Assembly (NCBI GenBank): GCA_003644505.1
Contig: QNCM01000002.1
Location: 4,414-68,413, forward strand
From: Candidatus Makaraimicrobium thalassicum
Lineage (GTDB): Bacteria > Omnitrophota > Gorgyraeia > Tantalellales > Tantalellaceae
Length of the DNA stretch: 64,000 nucleotides
Direction: 5' to 3'
A model generated the notes under the pieces. It searched no databases. It saw only the letters and a list, made by a program, of their open reading frames with translations, and was not told the origin of the DNA. The translations under genes were made by a program, and so were the position numbers. Position 1 is the stretch's first letter. Each line of letters starts with the position of its first letter. Of this stretch, positions 63,158 to 64,000 are shown piece after piece.

Positions 63158-64000
63158 ATGATGAGTCTGGACAAGAAGCGGGTCGATACGATAGTCCGGT
63201 CCGCGTTGAAAGAGGATATAGGGACCGGGGATATCACCTCGCAGTCAGTTCTTGAGGGGTTTTTGAACATAGACGCGGTCATCGTATCGCGTGAAAAGGG
63301 CGTGGTCTGCGGTATGGACGTTGTCGAAAGGGTTTTCGCCGCTGTGGAGCCCAGCCTGAAATTCCGCCCCGTCGTAAAAGACGGCGATCATATCGCGGCA
63401 GGCCAGGAGATAGCGTTCATTGAAGGCAAAGCGCAGGCGGTATTAAAGGCGGAGAGGACGGCGTTGAATTTTCTGGGGATGTTAAGCGGCGTGGCTACGC
63501 GGACGCGGGAAATGGTTGACCTTCTCAGGGGTACCGGCGTCAAAATATATGATACGCGGAAAACGATCCCCCTTCACAGGTATCTTCAGAAATACGCGGT
63601 TACTGTCGGCGGCGGCTGCAACCACAGAAAAGGGCTGTGGGACATGGTCCTGATAAAGGATAATCATATAAGGGCGCTCGGCATACAGATGAAGGCCGCC
63701 AGCGGCGGGATCGTCATAAAAGAGATCATCGGACGCGCCAGAGGCTCCGTGCAGAAGAACATCAGGGTCGAAATAGAGGTGGAAACGCTTAAGGAGTGCG
63801 GATACGCCCTCGAAGAGAAACCGGACGTTGTCATGCTGGACAATATGCCGCCCGATATGGTAAAGGAAGCGGTCGCTCTGCGCAGGGACAGGGGCCTGGA
63901 AAAGAGAGTGCTTTTTGAGGTTTCAGGCGGCGTTAACCGGGATAATATCGGCGATTATGGCGGAACGGGCGTGGAGATCATCTCTATCGGGGCGATCACA
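63158..64000 (+). CDS. nadC: Nicotinate-nucleotide diphosphorylase (carboxylating), 3'-truncated by the window end
   Basis: Translated by hand (absent from the ORF track): ALKEDIGTGDITS, ERTALN, DTRKT, NHRKGL, LIKDNH, EIEVE, MLDN, EVSGG. Confidence 0.93.
   Translation, partial: MMSLDKKRVDTIVRSALKEDIGTGDITSQSVLEGFLNIDAVIVSREKGVVCGMDVVERVFAAVEPSLKFRPVVKDGDHIAAGQEIAFIEGKAQAVLKAERTALNFLGMLSGVATRTREMVDLLRGTGVKIYDTRKTIPLHRYLQKYAVTVGGGCNHRKGLWDMVLIKDNHIRALGIQMKAASGGIVIKEIIGRARGSVQKNIRVEIEVETLKECGYALEEKPDVVMLDNMPPDMVKEAVALRRDRGLEKRVLFEVSGGVNRDNIGDYGGTGVEIISIGAIT

Noticed and set aside
1-64000. CRISPR array, integrase, transposase or prophage
   Set aside because: No regularly spaced direct repeats with unique spacers, and no recombinase, transposase or phage structural motifs seen. 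tRNA-Pro has no duplicated 3' end (att site) that I could find in the window.

Overview
Bacterial chromosomal window with every supported gene on the + strand. The first 24.4 kb holds two related, apparently exported modular proteins. ORF1 is a giant CDS (at least 6,792 aa, frame open from base 1, so probably 5'-truncated). ORF2 is a 1,328-aa neighbour. The two share a recognisable N-terminal domain (after a signal-peptide-like segment) and a ~210-aa C-terminal domain, but carry completely different, mostly cytoplasm-type cargo in between. ORF1 cargo: ICMT-like membrane methyltransferase, P-loop kinase, TPR arrays, ten XRE-type HTHs, two HExxH metallopeptidase-like modules, two RelE-like modules, an unrecognised ~90-aa beta-rich repeat and a class I SAM methyltransferase. 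ORF2 cargo: an orphan histidine kinase and a divergent YvcK/CofD-like domain. ORF1 is built from internal DNA duplications (order A-[cassette]-B-C-C'-A'-B') and contains an in-frame palindromic insertion. The remaining ~40 kb is housekeeping: cinA-thpR-recA-recX-alaS, hisDBHAFI, trpEGDCFBA, ruvX, M16 and M50 peptidases, rpe, a phosphohexomutase, lepA-lepB-pgsA-like-der-plsY, an AT-rich orphan insert, gpsA, tRNA-Pro(GGG), hom-thrC-apgM-lysC-cimA, valS, a pseudouridine synthase and a partial nadC. Small palindromes and 7-bp tandem repeats sit in many spacers. The giant-gene style suggests a Ca. Omnitrophota-like organism, but that is inference only. All domain calls come from reading motifs by eye; no searches were run.
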